A DNA stretch of 38,958 nt from Nitrospirota bacterium (GCA_011620345.1 WOZJ01000037.1:1-38958); one strand, 5' to 3'; positions 27,661-37,502 are shown, counted from the stretch's first letter. Numbers and translations are program-made. The notes: generated by a model not told the origin, from the sequence alone.

Positions 27661-28431
27661 TTAAGGGGTAAATGTGCAGATGTGAAAATCTTTCCCCACG
27701 ACCTTGACCATTTTGACATCCCGAAAGGGTTCTCCAAGAATGCCGTCGTAGATAGCCCAGCTACGGCCTACGGGTGTTGCTTCCATTCCTTTACGACGAA
27801 AGGGGGTGGATCCGTCAAGCTGCTCATAAAGGTCTCCCCCCGCATGGAATCGTGCGTTGATCTCTTCCATCCACGCCTTTCGTGTAACGTATCCAAACCC
27901 GTGACGTTCGTAATGGATGGCGTTGTGGTAGCCCAGAGGATAGGTAAAGATCATTTGGTAGCTTAGTTGTTTTGCAAATGTCTCCAGATGCAGCTTGAAC
28001 ACCTTGAAAAGTCCTAACCCTCTTCGAATTTGGAAAGGGGCAAGCCCGGCCTCCATAGCCTTAATCTCTTCTTTAATGTTGCGCCTTACGGTTCCAAAAA
28101 TTGTTTTTTTACCTAACTCATCAATGTCAAGAAAAAAACGTTCGCTATCCGGGTCGTTGATCATGATGAAGGAAAGTTCCAGTTGGTGGGTTGGGGTATG
28201 CTCAAGGTCCAACTCAAGAATACAGTCCTTATCGCTTAATCTTCTCTTTACCCGGATTGAAACCCAGTAATGAGATTCGGGGTAGTAGAAATGGACAGCC
28301 CTCTCTCCATGCTCGTTGAGTAATGTTTTTTTAGAAATATTATATCTTTCAAATATTTTGTCGGGAATAAGGAGCTTCAGGAGATCTTCACGTTCTTCGA
28401 CCTCAAGACGAGAGAGCTCTAAGATAGACAC
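27661..28431 (-). CDS. Uncharacterised protein, probable divergent GNAT-fold acyltransferase
   Basis: GTG start with AAGGA RBS; 14 nt gap to the HDAC gene; PFQIRRGLG (motif A-like) and NAIHYERHGF (motif B-like). Confidence 0.6.
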   Translation of the reverse strand: MSILELSRLEVEEREDLLKLLIPDKIFERYNISKKTLLNEHGERAVHFYYPESHYWVSIRVKRRLSDKDCILELDLEHTPTHQLELSFIMINDPDSERFFLDIDELGKKTIFGTVRRNIKEEIKAMEAGLAPFQIRRGLGLFKVFKLHLETFAKQLSYQMIFTYPLGYHNAIHYERHGFGYVTRKAWMEEINARFHAGGDLYEQLDGSTPFRRKGMEATPVGRSWAIYDGILGEPFRDVKMVKVVGKDFHICTFTP

Positions 28432-28522
28432 GGATGATCTTCCTTTGGCTCGACTATTTGATAATATTGTTTCATAGAATTCATAAAAAAACTACAATGA
28501 TTTCTTCGAATTTTTCGATGAA

Positions 28523-28551
28523 TTGACATGTTTTGTCCAACAACATATAGT
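28523..28551 (+). promoter_or_regulatory. sigma70 promoter of the prs operon
   Basis: TTGACA-17 nt-TATAGT. Confidence 0.7.
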
Positions 28552-28557
28552 AATACA

Positions 28558-28706
28558 GATTGAGGTGCTTGCTGCCAGTCTGAATACCCCCCTGAAGGCC
28601 GACCACATTGCGTTCAATGGTGGTTCGGGTCCGGGTATATGCTTACAAATTAGGTGCTGTACGGGTTTTTGTGTAAATGATTTCCTAAGAAGGGGCAAGT
28701 CTTGGG
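28558..28706 (+). other. Long structured 5' leader of prs (candidate cis-regulatory RNA)
   Basis: ATACCC(28584-89)/GGGTAT(28633-38) enclosing the hairpin CCGACCACATTG-cgtt-CAATGGTGGTTCGG (28599-28628). Confidence 0.4.
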
Positions 28707-29648
28707 ATGGAGCGGCTTAAGGTTTTTTCTGGGAACGCAAACAGACAGCTTGCTGAGGCCATTTGTAGGCACATCGGGGTGGCCGTTGGGGACGCAACGG
28801 TGGGAACGTTCAACGATGGGGAGATTTTTGTCGAGATCAGAGAAAATGTCCGCGGAATGGATGTTTTTGTGCTTCAGTCGCTTGTTGATTCCGTCAACAG
28901 CTCTTTTATGGAGCTTCTCATCCTGATCGATGCCCTCAAGCGAGCGTCCGCCAAGAGAATCACGGCGGTCATCCCTTACTACGCTTACGCGCGCCAAGAC
29001 CGAAAGGTGGCACCGAGGGTGCCGATTACGGCCAAGCTCATCGCCGACCTCATCGTCACGGCGGGGGCTCAAAGGGTGCTGACACTCGAGTTGCACGCAG
29101 GCCAAATTCAAGGGTTTTTTAACATTCCGGTGGACCATCTGTACGCCAGGCCTATACTTCTTGCCTATTTTAGGGAGAACTACAAAGAAGTCCCTATTAC
29201 AATCGTTTCCCCAGATGCCGGCGGCGTGGAGCGGGCAAGGGCGTTTGCCAAGAGGCTCGAGTGTCCGATTGCCATCCTCGACAAGCGCCGTCCAAGGGCA
29301 AACGAGATTGACGAAATGCGTATTATTGGAGACGTGCAGGGTAGAGTGGCTATTATCATAGACGACATTGTAGACACCGCAAAGACCGTTTGTATGGCCG
29401 CCGATGCGTTGCTCGACCATGGTGCACGCTCGGTAAGCGCGTTTCTGGTTCATCCTGTCCTTTCGGCAGGCTCAGTAGAACGGTTGGCGGCGAGCTCTTT
29501 TGAAGAAATTGTCGTAACCGACACGATCCCACTTAAAGACCAAGCCAAAAGGGTCGAAAAAATCCATGTTGTGTCCGTTGCAAAGCTTTTAGGGGATGCG
29601 ATCCTGCGCATCCATAAGGAAGCTTCGGTCAGTTCACTGTTCGATTAG
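28707..29648 (+). CDS. prs: Ribose-phosphate pyrophosphokinase
   Basis: FNDGE, PYYAYARQDRK, LHAGQIQGFF, VSPDAGG, IIIDDIVDTAKT. Confidence 0.97.
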   Translation: MERLKVFSGNANRQLAEAICRHIGVAVGDATVGTFNDGEIFVEIRENVRGMDVFVLQSLVDSVNSSFMELLILIDALKRASAKRITAVIPYYAYARQDRKVAPRVPITAKLIADLIVTAGAQRVLTLELHAGQIQGFFNIPVDHLYARPILLAYFRENYKEVPITIVSPDAGGVERARAFAKRLECPIAILDKRRPRANEIDEMRIIGDVQGRVAIIIDDIVDTAKTVCMAADALLDHGARSVSAFLVHPVLSAGSVERLAASSFEEIVVTDTIPLKDQAKRVEKIHVVSVAKLLGDAILRIHKEASVSSLFD

Positions 29649-29681
29649 AGCGTCAAAGAACCGTTTGGAGGAATGGGTAGA

Positions 29682-30311
29682 ATGGAAACAGAGGTATTGG
29701 AAGTCGAGCCAAGGGCCATTGCGACGAAAGGGGCACTAAATGCCTTGAGGCGACAAGGGCTTGTTCCTGGCGTATGCTACGGAAGAGGGTTTGTTCCTAA
29801 GCCCGTGCAGATTTCGAAAAAGTCCATCGAGGAAGTCCTAAAAAAGAGAAAAGGGGAGGGTAGCACTCTTCTTAAGTGCTCCTCCGAGATGGACTCCGCA
29901 CTTAAAGGGCTACGTGTTTTGCTCAAGCAGCTTGAATGGGATGCGTTGGGGAGGCACCTTCTCCATGTGGACCTTCACGTTGTGCGGATGGACGAGATGA
30001 TAGAAACCAGGGTGCCCATTCGAACCGCTGGAGAGCCGATAGGCGTCAAAGAAGGCGATGGCGTCCTAGAAGTGATGAAGCATGCCCTAACAATCGAGTG
30101 TCTGCCGGGAGACATTCCTGAGGCGATTGAAGTAGACGTTTCGGGCCTGCGGATCGGGGATGTTCTACACGTCGCTGACTTGCCCGTGGCACAAAACCTT
30201 CGCATCAAAGAGGACCCTGCGGAAGCCGTCATTGCCTTGGCCTCGCCGACGCGTGAAGAAGCCGAAAAGACCCCCGAAGAGGAGGTTTCCGAGGAAACAA
30301 AAACGGAATAG
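29682..30311 (+). CDS. rplY: 50S ribosomal protein L25/Ctc (long form)
   Basis: LRRQGLVPGVCYG, LLHVDL, CLPGDIPEAIEVDVSGL; GGAGG RBS fits ATG 29682; canonical prs-rplY-pth order. Confidence 0.93.
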   Translation: METEVLEVEPRAIATKGALNALRRQGLVPGVCYGRGFVPKPVQISKKSIEEVLKKRKGEGSTLLKCSSEMDSALKGLRVLLKQLEWDALGRHLLHVDLHVVRMDEMIETRVPIRTAGEPIGVKEGDGVLEVMKHALTIECLPGDIPEAIEVDVSGLRIGDVLHVADLPVAQNLRIKEDPAEAVIALASPTREEAEKTPEEEVSEETKTE

Positions 30312-30314
30312 CCT

Positions 30315-30890
30315 ATGCGTTGGACGCTGGCAGGGCTTGGGAATCCGGGCCCTGAATATGCCTTGACGCGGCATAATGTAGGGTTTCAAGTGGTCGAGGG
30401 GATGGCCAAGGATCTCAGGATGGCATGGAGAAAGGCCAAAAACGTTTCCTACTCCGGCCCTTTTTTGTTGGCGGACGATGAGGTTTGGCTTCTTAAGCCG
30501 CTCACGTTCATGAACTTGTCGGGCCAGGGGGTCAAGCCGTTCCTAATGGAGCGGGAATTGTCAATCGAGGGGCTTATCGTCGTGCACGATGATATGGACC
30601 TTCCATATGGGGAAGTACGATTTCGTTTTGGCGGCGGTACGGCAGGCCACAAAGGGTTGAATTCAATCATGCAGGCATTGAAAACGAAGGATTTTTACAG
30701 GGTTCGGGTAGGGATCGGAAGACCGAGCGAAAAAGGCCTTGTCGTACCCTACGTACTGGAGCCTTTCTCGAGGCAGGAGCTTGCAAGGCTCCCCGATCTT
30801 ATCGGGCAGGTTCAAATCGGAGTTCGTGTTCTGATTGACGAGGGGCTGGCGAAGGCTCAAGAGACTTTCCACAGAAAAATACTTGCTTAA
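30315..30890 (+). CDS. pth: Peptidyl-tRNA hydrolase
   Basis: GLGNPG, TRHNVGF, KPLTFMNLSG, HDDMD, RVRVGIGRP. Confidence 0.95.
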   Translation: MRWTLAGLGNPGPEYALTRHNVGFQVVEGMAKDLRMAWRKAKNVSYSGPFLLADDEVWLLKPLTFMNLSGQGVKPFLMERELSIEGLIVVHDDMDLPYGEVRFRFGGGTAGHKGLNSIMQALKTKDFYRVRVGIGRPSEKGLVVPYVLEPFSRQELARLPDLIGQVQIGVRVLIDEGLAKAQETFHRKILA

Positions 30891-30923
30891 CCTTATTTGA
30901 TTGATGTAAATCGGAGTACTGGC

Positions 30924-32945
30924 ATGCTCGAGGCGTTTTCGATATTGCCCCTTGCCGTTGCGCTTGTTGGGATCATTCTTGCGCTTACACTCTTAACGAG
31001 CATTCGGCGGCTCCCTGCGGGATCGGCCGCGATGATCTCCATAGCTTCTGAAATCCGAACGGGGGCAATGGTGTTCTTGAGGCGGGAGTATTCTGTACTT
31101 GCCTGGTTCGTCCTGGCCGTGTTCGCCCTTTTGACGGTTTTCATCGACCTGTATACGGCGGTTGCTTTTCTTGCAGGGGCGCTCTTTTCGATCCTTGCCG
31201 GATTTACGGGAATGTACTCGGCTACGGAAGCCAACGTTCGAACGGCGGCGGCGGCCAAAGATGTGGGCCAAGCGAAGGCGCTCGAGGTTGCCTTTTTGGG
31301 GGGGTCGGTCATGGGCCTTGCTGTAGCGAGCCTAGGACTTTTAGGAGTCGCGCTGTTCTTCATCTTCTATGGGCAGGACATCTCCACACAGCCCGCCATT
31401 AGTGGGTTTGCAATGGGGGCGAGCTCGATCGCTTTGTTTGCCAGGGTAGGCGGCGGGATTTATACCAAAACGGCCGATGTAGGTGCTGACCTTGTTGGAA
31501 AGGTCGAGGCCGGGATTCCAGAGGACGACCCAAGGAACCCCGGAGTGATCGCAGACAACGTAGGGGACAACGTAGGGGATGTGGCCGGCATGGGGGCCGA
31601 CCTGTTTGAATCGTACGTCGGCGCGATCGTCGCATCGATCGCGATCGGGGCCACCGCCATCCCGGGTTCCAAGACGGCCGCGCTCGGCTCGAAGCCTCAT
31701 TTGATGCTCTTGCCGATTTTGCTCGCTGCGGCCGGGCTTATTGCTTCTATCCTTGCAATCCTGAGCATGCGTTTTGTAAGGAGGATAGACCCTCAGAAGG
31801 CGCTCCGTTATATTACTTTTTTTGGGGCCGCGGTATTCTTTGTGCTGGCATACGTTGTGGTAGACCAAGTTGACGTGTCCAATCGCGTGTTCCTGGCTAC
31901 GCTAGCCGGGACGTTTGCCGGAATGCTGATTGGCGTGATGACGGAGCACTACACCTCCGGCGGGCCGGTTGTAAAGATTGCAAAGGCGTGCCAGACGGGG
32001 CCCGCAACGGACATCATCATGGGCTTCGCTGTCGGGCTTGAAAGTGTAGTGCTTCCAGTATTAGGGATCTGCGGGGCCATCTACGTTGCCCATGCCGTTG
32101 CCGGTCTATACGGGATCGGTATTGCCGGAGTCGGTATGTTGGCCACGATCGGCGTCACGATGAGCGTCGATGCTTACGGTCCGATCGCGGACAACGCGGG
32201 CGGTATCTCCGAAATGGCGGGGCTCGGGCCGGAGGTGCGCAAGATTACGGATGGCCTGGACGCGCTAGGCAATACGACGGCCGCAATAGGGAAAGGCTTT
32301 GCCATCGGCTCTGCCGCGCTCACAGCACTGGCATTGTTCTCGGCGTACGCTCAAAGCGTTTCGGCAAGGCAAGGAGCCCCGCTGAACGTACAGATTACAG
32401 ACCCGGAGGTCATCATCGGGCTCTTTTTAGGGGGGACGATCCCATTCTTGATCGGGGCACTTACGATGACATCCGTAGGGCGTGCTGCGTTCCGCATGGT
32501 CGAAGAGATCCGAAGGCAGTTCCGCGAAATCCCAGGGCTGCTCGAGGGTAGGCCGGGAGTCAAGCCGGACACAGCCAGGTGTATCGACATTTCCACCCGG
32601 GCGGCACTCCTCGAAATGGTTCTGCCTGGCTTGATCGCCGTATCGGCTCCGATCGTCGTCGGGTTTGGGATAGGCCCTAAGGCACTGGCGGGAACGCTCG
32701 TCGGCGCTACCCTGGCAGGAGTGTTGCTTGCGCTTTTGATGGCAAACGCGGGCGGTGCCTGGGACAACGCCAAGAAGCTGATTGAGCAAGGGTTTCTTGG
32801 CGGCAAAGGCTCGGATGCCCATAAGGCCGCCGTGGTTGGAGATACGGTGGGAGACCCGTTCAAGGATACCGCCGGCCCGTCAATGAACATCTTGATCAAG
32901 GTGATGAGCATCGTTTCGCTTGTTTTGGCGCCGCTTCTGGCTTAA
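30924..32945 (+). CDS. hppA: Membrane pyrophosphatase, K+-dependent, probably Na+-translocating
   Basis: [47 protein letters not shown]. Confidence 0.93.
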   Translation: MLEAFSILPLAVALVGIILALTLLTSIRRLPAGSAAMISIASEIRTGAMVFLRREYSVLAWFVLAVFALLTVFIDLYTAVAFLAGALFSILAGFTGMYSATEANVRTAAAAKDVGQAKALEVAFLGGSVMGLAVASLGLLGVALFFIFYGQDISTQPAISGFAMGASSIALFARVGGGIYTKTADVGADLVGKVEAGIPEDDPRNPGVIADNVGDNVGDVAGMGADLFESYVGAIVASIAIGATAIPGSKTAALGSKPHLMLLPILLAAAGLIASILAILSMRFVRRIDPQKALRYITFFGAAVFFVLAYVVVDQVDVSNRVFLATLAGTFAGMLIGVMTEHYTSGGPVVKIAKACQTGPATDIIMGFAVGLESVVLPVLGICGAIYVAHAVAGLYGIGIAGVGMLATIGVTMSVDAYGPIADNAGGISEMAGLGPEVRKITDGLDALGNTTAAIGKGFAIGSAALTALALFSAYAQSVSARQGAPLNVQITDPEVIIGLFLGGTIPFLIGALTMTSVGRAAFRMVEEIRRQFREIPGLLEGRPGVKPDTARCIDISTRAALLEMVLPGLIAVSAPIVVGFGIGPKALAGTLVGATLAGVLLALLMANAGGAWDNAKKLIEQGFLGGKGSDAHKAAVVGDTVGDPFKDTAGPSMNILIKVMSIVSLVLAPLLA

Positions 32946-32955
32946 GGAGAATTGA

Positions 32956-34053
32956 GTGGGTTTTCGTGTAGGCCTTGTTGGGCTTCCCAACGTGGGCAAG
33001 TCGACCATCTTCAACGCGCTTACGACAGCAGGGGCCCTCGTTGGCAACTACCCTTTCTGTACGATCGACCCGAACGTGGGAGTTGTTTCTGTTCCGGACC
33101 CTCTCCTAGATAGACTTGCCGCCCTGTACGAGCCCGAACGCGTCATACCGACAACGCTCGAAGTCGTCGATATTGCGGGGCTGGTAAAGGGCGCCTCGAA
33201 AGGGGAGGGGTTGGGGAACCAGTTTTTGGGGCATATCCGTAACGTGGATTTGATCGCCTATATTCTGCGTACGTTCGAAGACCCGAGCGTGGTCGCCCTA
33301 AGCGGTGCGATCGACCCAAAAGCAGACCTCGAAGTTCTCGAAACGGAGCTCTTGCTGGCCGACTTGGAGGTATTGGGGAGGCGGATCGAGAAAATTGAAA
33401 GGCTTGCCAGGGTGGGGGCGGAAGGGGCTCTGGAAGAAAAAACGCACCTGTCTATCCTTTACGAAGCGCTTGCAGAGGGTAAGAGCCGGAGCGAGGTTCG
33501 GGGGCTGCCTGCGGAAGTACTCACCCAAGCGGATGCGTTCAACGTGTTGAGTGTCAAACCTTCGCTCGTTTTGCTCAACTGTTCGGAGCGTGACCTGCCA
33601 GAGCCTGGACAGAGGACACGCGAACAAATCGACGGGCTTTCGGCAGCAGGCTTTCACGTTCTCATTCTCTGCGGGAAACTTGAGGCAGAGCTTGCTGGTA
33701 TGGACGAGGAGGAGCGTAAGCAGTGGCTTCGAGATTATGGGCTTCAAGAACCCGGCCTTTCTAGGTTTATCCGAATGGCTTACGACCTTCTCGGTCTCGT
33801 CACATTTTATACGGCTGGACCTAAAGAAGTCCGCGCCTGGACGGTCCCCAGGGGCACGACGGCTAGGCAGGCCGCGGGAGAGATTCACTCTGATTTTGAA
33901 CGTGGGTTCATTCGAGCCGAGGTCATGGCGGCCGAAGCCCTTCTTGAGCTTGGCTCCGAGCACATTTTGAAAGAACGAGGGCTAGTCCGCAGCGAGGGGA
34001 AGGATTACATCGTCAAGCCAGGCGATGTCATTACGTTTCGTTTTAACGTCTAA
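32956..34053 (+). CDS. ychF: Redox-regulated ATPase YchF
   Basis: GLPNVGKST, NYPFCTIDPN, DIAGLVKGAS.GEGLGNQFL, TGS domain ending FRFNV. Confidence 0.96.
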   Translation: MGFRVGLVGLPNVGKSTIFNALTTAGALVGNYPFCTIDPNVGVVSVPDPLLDRLAALYEPERVIPTTLEVVDIAGLVKGASKGEGLGNQFLGHIRNVDLIAYILRTFEDPSVVALSGAIDPKADLEVLETELLLADLEVLGRRIEKIERLARVGAEGALEEKTHLSILYEALAEGKSRSEVRGLPAEVLTQADAFNVLSVKPSLVLLNCSERDLPEPGQRTREQIDGLSAAGFHVLILCGKLEAELAGMDEEERKQWLRDYGLQEPGLSRFIRMAYDLLGLVTFYTAGPKEVRAWTVPRGTTARQAAGEIHSDFERGFIRAEVMAAEALLELGSEHILKERGLVRSEGKDYIVKPGDVITFRFNV

Positions 34054-34076
34054 CAACCCATACTAAGGAGCGTTTG

Positions 34077-34469
34077 ATGCGCGAGTACGAACTGTTCTTG
34101 GTGGTCAACCCTGAGCTCGGTAAGCAGGAGTTGGCCGATTTTGAAAAGCGGCTCGTAGATCTGATCTCTAAGAACGGCGGCGTTTTGTTTGACCTAGAAG
34201 GGCCGGACAAGGTGAGGCTGGTTTACGAGGTTCGGAGTCAGACAAGAGGACATCGCTACATAGGCAGGGCATACTTGCCGCCGGAATCGGTAAGCGAGTT
34301 GCTGCGTAATTTTCGAATCACGGAGCAACTCCTACGTTTCTTCGTGATGCTCAAAGGCGAAGCCGAAATCAGCGCTGAGCAGCTTGAAGAGCTAAGGGCT
34401 AAACCCTTAAGGCAGCTTGCGGGGGTCGGAGAATCCGATGCCGATCAAGAACCTAACGAAGCGAGTTAA
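34077..34469 (+). CDS. rpsF: 30S ribosomal protein S6
   Basis: MREYE...VNP, L.YE, LLRFF; AAGGAG RBS; precedes rpsR. Confidence 0.88.
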   Translation: MREYELFLVVNPELGKQELADFEKRLVDLISKNGGVLFDLEGPDKVRLVYEVRSQTRGHRYIGRAYLPPESVSELLRNFRITEQLLRFFVMLKGEAEISAEQLEELRAKPLRQLAGVGESDADQEPNEAS

Positions 34470-34486
34470 GAACGAAGGAGGTTAAG

Positions 34487-34732
34487 ATGGCCCATCCTAT
34501 TTTTTCCAGAAGGCGCTTCCTAAAGCGGAAAGTTTGCATATTTTGCAAGGAGAGTACGCTTAGTGCCGACTACAAAGATCAAGAGCAGCTAAGGCAGTTC
34601 ATTACAGACAGGGGAAAAATTCTCCCTAGACGGATTACGGGCACCTGCGCCAAACACCAAAGAAAGCTAACCACCGCTATCAAGCGTGCAAGGGTGTTGT
34701 CTATTCTGCCGTTTACCCAGTCTATGCCCTAA
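34487..34732 (+). CDS. rpsR: 30S ribosomal protein S18 (zinc-binding form)
   Basis: [34 protein letters not shown]. Confidence 0.96.
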   Translation: MAHPIFSRRRFLKRKVCIFCKESTLSADYKDQEQLRQFITDRGKILPRRITGTCAKHQRKLTTAIKRARVLSILPFTQSMP

Positions 34733-34741
34733 ATTTCGCCA

Positions 34742-35647
34742 ATGCGCTTTTTGCGAGAAGCGGCGCTGTATGCCGGGTTGGGCGCTGTCCCTGCGCTTGC
34801 CATGCATTATGCTCCTCTTGGTGGCCTTTTGTTGAGCCCTGTTCTCGTCGCCTCCCAAGCGGCCGCTTTTTTGAGAGGCGGATTGACGATGGGTACGGCG
34901 GTGGCGTTGGTTCTCGGAGGCATGCTTTTGGCGCTTCTAGGGGCAACGCAGGTTTTTGTGAGCAGCGTGGCCTTGATTCTTTTGGGAGGATGCATGGCCT
35001 TCGGTGTAGGAAAGTGGGGGGTAGGGTTCGCTTCGCTTTGCCTTGCCTGCTCGATGATGACATTGCTTATGTTCGCCGCGCTGTGGGTGTATGCTCTCCA
35101 GGTTGGTTATCAGAGCCCGTTTGCGTTCCTCACGGAAAGCATGGTTCGAGCCGGGGCTGGCGTAAACGAGGCGTCCCTGCCCGAGCAAAACCTAAAGGCT
35201 TTTGCTACGTGGTTTGGGCTTTCGTTCCCGGCACTTCTTTGTTGCACGTTTTCTTGGGAAGGGTTTGCGGCGTTAGCGCTTCTTGTGCATCTCGGCAATG
35301 CAAAGATGCCCCAAGAAGGCCTACTTGGCATCCATTTTTCCGATGCATGGGTTTGGCCTCTTCTTGGGGGAGGGTTCGGGCTTTTCCTGATCCAGTACGA
35401 GCCCATGAAGGCGTTTGCGTTGAACTGCCTGCTTATTGGGGTGGGTGTGTTTTTTTTCCGAGGGCTTTGTCTGGTGCTTGGGGTTCTCGAGCGTCTTGGA
35501 TTGCCGTTTGCGTTGAAGGTGGCGGTTGGGCTGATGCATGCTCTCGTTGTTCCTTTGACGGCAATCTCCGTGTTTATCGGCCTTTTGGATGTATGGCTCG
35601 ATATACAAGGCAGGGCGAAGGCGCTTCGTTTTGGTACCGAAGGCTGA
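34742..35647 (+). CDS. DUF2232/YybS-family membrane protein
   Basis: Highly hydrophobic; C-terminal GLLDVWLDI; canonical position between rpsR and rplI. Confidence 0.78.
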   Translation: MRFLREAALYAGLGAVPALAMHYAPLGGLLLSPVLVASQAAAFLRGGLTMGTAVALVLGGMLLALLGATQVFVSSVALILLGGCMAFGVGKWGVGFASLCLACSMMTLLMFAALWVYALQVGYQSPFAFLTESMVRAGAGVNEASLPEQNLKAFATWFGLSFPALLCCTFSWEGFAALALLVHLGNAKMPQEGLLGIHFSDAWVWPLLGGGFGLFLIQYEPMKAFALNCLLIGVGVFFFRGLCLVLGVLERLGLPFALKVAVGLMHALVVPLTAISVFIGLLDVWLDIQGRAKALRFGTEG

Positions 35648-35677
35648 AGTAGAGCGTTCTATAAAAGGAGGAAGACA

Positions 35678-36130
35678 ATGGCAACCATGAGAATCATTCT
35701 CCGTGAGGACATCGAGAAGTTGGGCAAAGTTGGCCAAGTTTTCGATGTGCGCTGCGGATACTTTCGAAATTTCCTTTTTCCCAAAGGACTGGCCTGGAAA
35801 GCGACGCCGGACAAGATTCAGGAAATTGAGAAAAAGCTCCAAGCCCGGCTTCGTAGGGTCGAAAAAGAGCGGGCGAGGGCTACCGAGCTTGCAGGTAGAA
35901 TTCAAGGCCTTGAGCTCGCGTTTCGAGAAAAGGCTGGCGATGAAGGCAAGCTCTTCGGCTCGGTAACGCCCCAAGATATTCAGCAGGCCCTTCTGGCCAA
36001 GGGGTTTGAGTTAGACAGAAGGCAGGTCCTGCTTGAGGAGCCAATCAAAACGATAGGGGCTCACGAGGCGACGGTTCGTATTTTCCAAGATATCACGGCG
36101 ACGGTTCGTATCATGGTTGAGCCTGAGTAG
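35678..36130 (+). CDS. rplI: 50S ribosomal protein L9
   Basis: IILREDIEKLGKVG..V..GYFRNFL.PKGLA, GKLFGSVT, PIKTIG. Confidence 0.96.
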   Translation: MATMRIILREDIEKLGKVGQVFDVRCGYFRNFLFPKGLAWKATPDKIQEIEKKLQARLRRVEKERARATELAGRIQGLELAFREKAGDEGKLFGSVTPQDIQQALLAKGFELDRRQVLLEEPIKTIGAHEATVRIFQDITATVRIMVEPE

Positions 36131-36155
36131 GGGTACAGCTTAAGGGGCTGAAGGT

Positions 36156-37502
36156 ATGGCTCAAAAGGAGCTTCCGTATAGTATCGATGCCGAACAATCG
36201 GCATTGGGGTGCGTTTTGATCGAGGACGGGGCTCTGTACGCGCTGATCGAAAGCCTCAAGGAAGAGGATTTCTATAAAGAAGCCCATAGGAGGATCTATG
36301 CCGCGATGCTGAGGCTCTTCCAAATGAGCCAGCCGATTGACCTCGTAACCCTCACCAACCATTTGCTGGAAGCGAAGGAACTTGAGGCCGTCGGAGGGGC
36401 GGGGTATATCGCAAGCCTTGCGGAGGCGGTCCCAACCTACCAAAATGCGGAAGCTTACGTCCGCATTGTGAAAGAAAAAGCACTCATCCGAAGGACGATC
36501 CTTGCGAGCATGGAGATCGCCGAAAGGGGGTTTCGCTACCAAGGAGCAGCGGACGAGTTCTTAGACGAAGCGGAAGATACGCTCTTTGGCGCCTCTTCCG
36601 CTCGAATCCGGCCTTCTTTTCGGAGCGTGGGCGAAGTTCTCGAAGGGACGATCGGCACAATCGAGGCCGCCCTGACGAACAAGAACCTCTTTGTCGGCAT
36701 ACCTTCAGGATTCATCGACCTCGACAGGCTTACGGGCGGGTTGCAAAAGCAAGACCTCATCATTATTGCGGCTAGGCCCTCCATGGGCAAAACGGCCTTT
36801 TGTCTAAACGTCGCACGGTATGCCGCCATGATGTGCAACCTCCCCGTGGCGCTCTTTTCGTTGGAAATGAGCGCCGACCAGCTGGCGTTAAGGTTGCTCT
36901 GTTCGGAGGCGAGGGTTGAGAGTGGGGCGCTGCGTCAGGGCTATGTCGCCAAAGAAGAGATGGGGAGGATCATCAAGGCCGCCCAAAGGCTCTCCAAGAT
37001 TCCCATGTTTATCGACGATTCGGCAAGCTTGAGTGTCTTGGAGGTCCGCGCCAAAGCCAGGCGGATGATGGCGGAACACAAGCTTGGGATCATTATTGTG
37101 GATTACCTTCAGCTCCTAAAAGGCGTTGGGCACCCAGAGAACCGGGAAAAGGAGATTTCTGGTATTTCGCGTTCGCTGAAAGCGCTCGCCAAGGAGCTTG
37201 ATTTGCCGGTGATCGCGCTTTCTCAGTTAAACCGCGCAGTTGAGGGGCGCACGGAAAAAAGGCCAATGCTGGCCGATTTGCGTGAATCCGGCGCGATCGA
37301 GCAGGACGCCGACCTGATCGCGTTCATTTACAGGGACGAGCTGTACAACAAAAACACCCAAGAGAAGAACATCGCCGAGATCATCGTAAGCAAGCACCGG
37401 AACGGGCCTACGGGCACGGTTAAGCTAAGGTTTACCGCAGACTATACGCTGTTCGAGCCGCTAGATTCCGTGCACATTCCCCCCGAGAGTTCCGCATACT
37501 GA
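36156..37502 (+). CDS. dnaB: Replicative DNA helicase
   Basis: P.SIDAEQSALG, ARPSMGKT, FSLEMS, VDYLQL, LSQLNR, DLRESGAIEQDAD, KHRNGPTG; no intein. Confidence 0.97.
   Translation: MAQKELPYSIDAEQSALGCVLIEDGALYALIESLKEEDFYKEAHRRIYAAMLRLFQMSQPIDLVTLTNHLLEAKELEAVGGAGYIASLAEAVPTYQNAEAYVRIVKEKALIRRTILASMEIAERGFRYQGAADEFLDEAEDTLFGASSARIRPSFRSVGEVLEGTIGTIEAALTNKNLFVGIPSGFIDLDRLTGGLQKQDLIIIAARPSMGKTAFCLNVARYAAMMCNLPVALFSLEMSADQLALRLLCSEARVESGALRQGYVAKEEMGRIIKAAQRLSKIPMFIDDSASLSVLEVRAKARRMMAEHKLGIIIVDYLQLLKGVGHPENREKEISGISRSLKALAKELDLPVIALSQLNRAVEGRTEKRPMLADLRESGAIEQDADLIAFIYRDELYNKNTQEKNIAEIIVSKHRNGPTGTVKLRFTADYTLFEPLDSVHIPPESSAY

Noticed and set aside
28561-28665. tRNA-Gln (often upstream of prs), SAM-I, canonical TPP riboswitch or 6S RNA
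   Set aside because: GGTTCGGGTCC is not in a cloverleaf; SAM-I core (AUC..GAG, GCAACC) and TPP UGAGA/L5 elements are missing; no 6S-like closing stem. Kept only as an unassigned structured leader
30640-30660. Pth GHKG instead of GHNG
   Set aside because: The catalytic His (TRHN) and Asp (HDD) are intact; treated as ordinary variation
31553-31579. Tandem repeat GACAACGTAGGG in hppA
   Set aside because: It encodes the universal DNVGDNVGD motif of membrane pyrophosphatases
34470-34486. Missing ssb/priB between rpsF and rpsR
   Set aside because: Direct rpsF-rpsR adjacency is common in several lineages and is not notable
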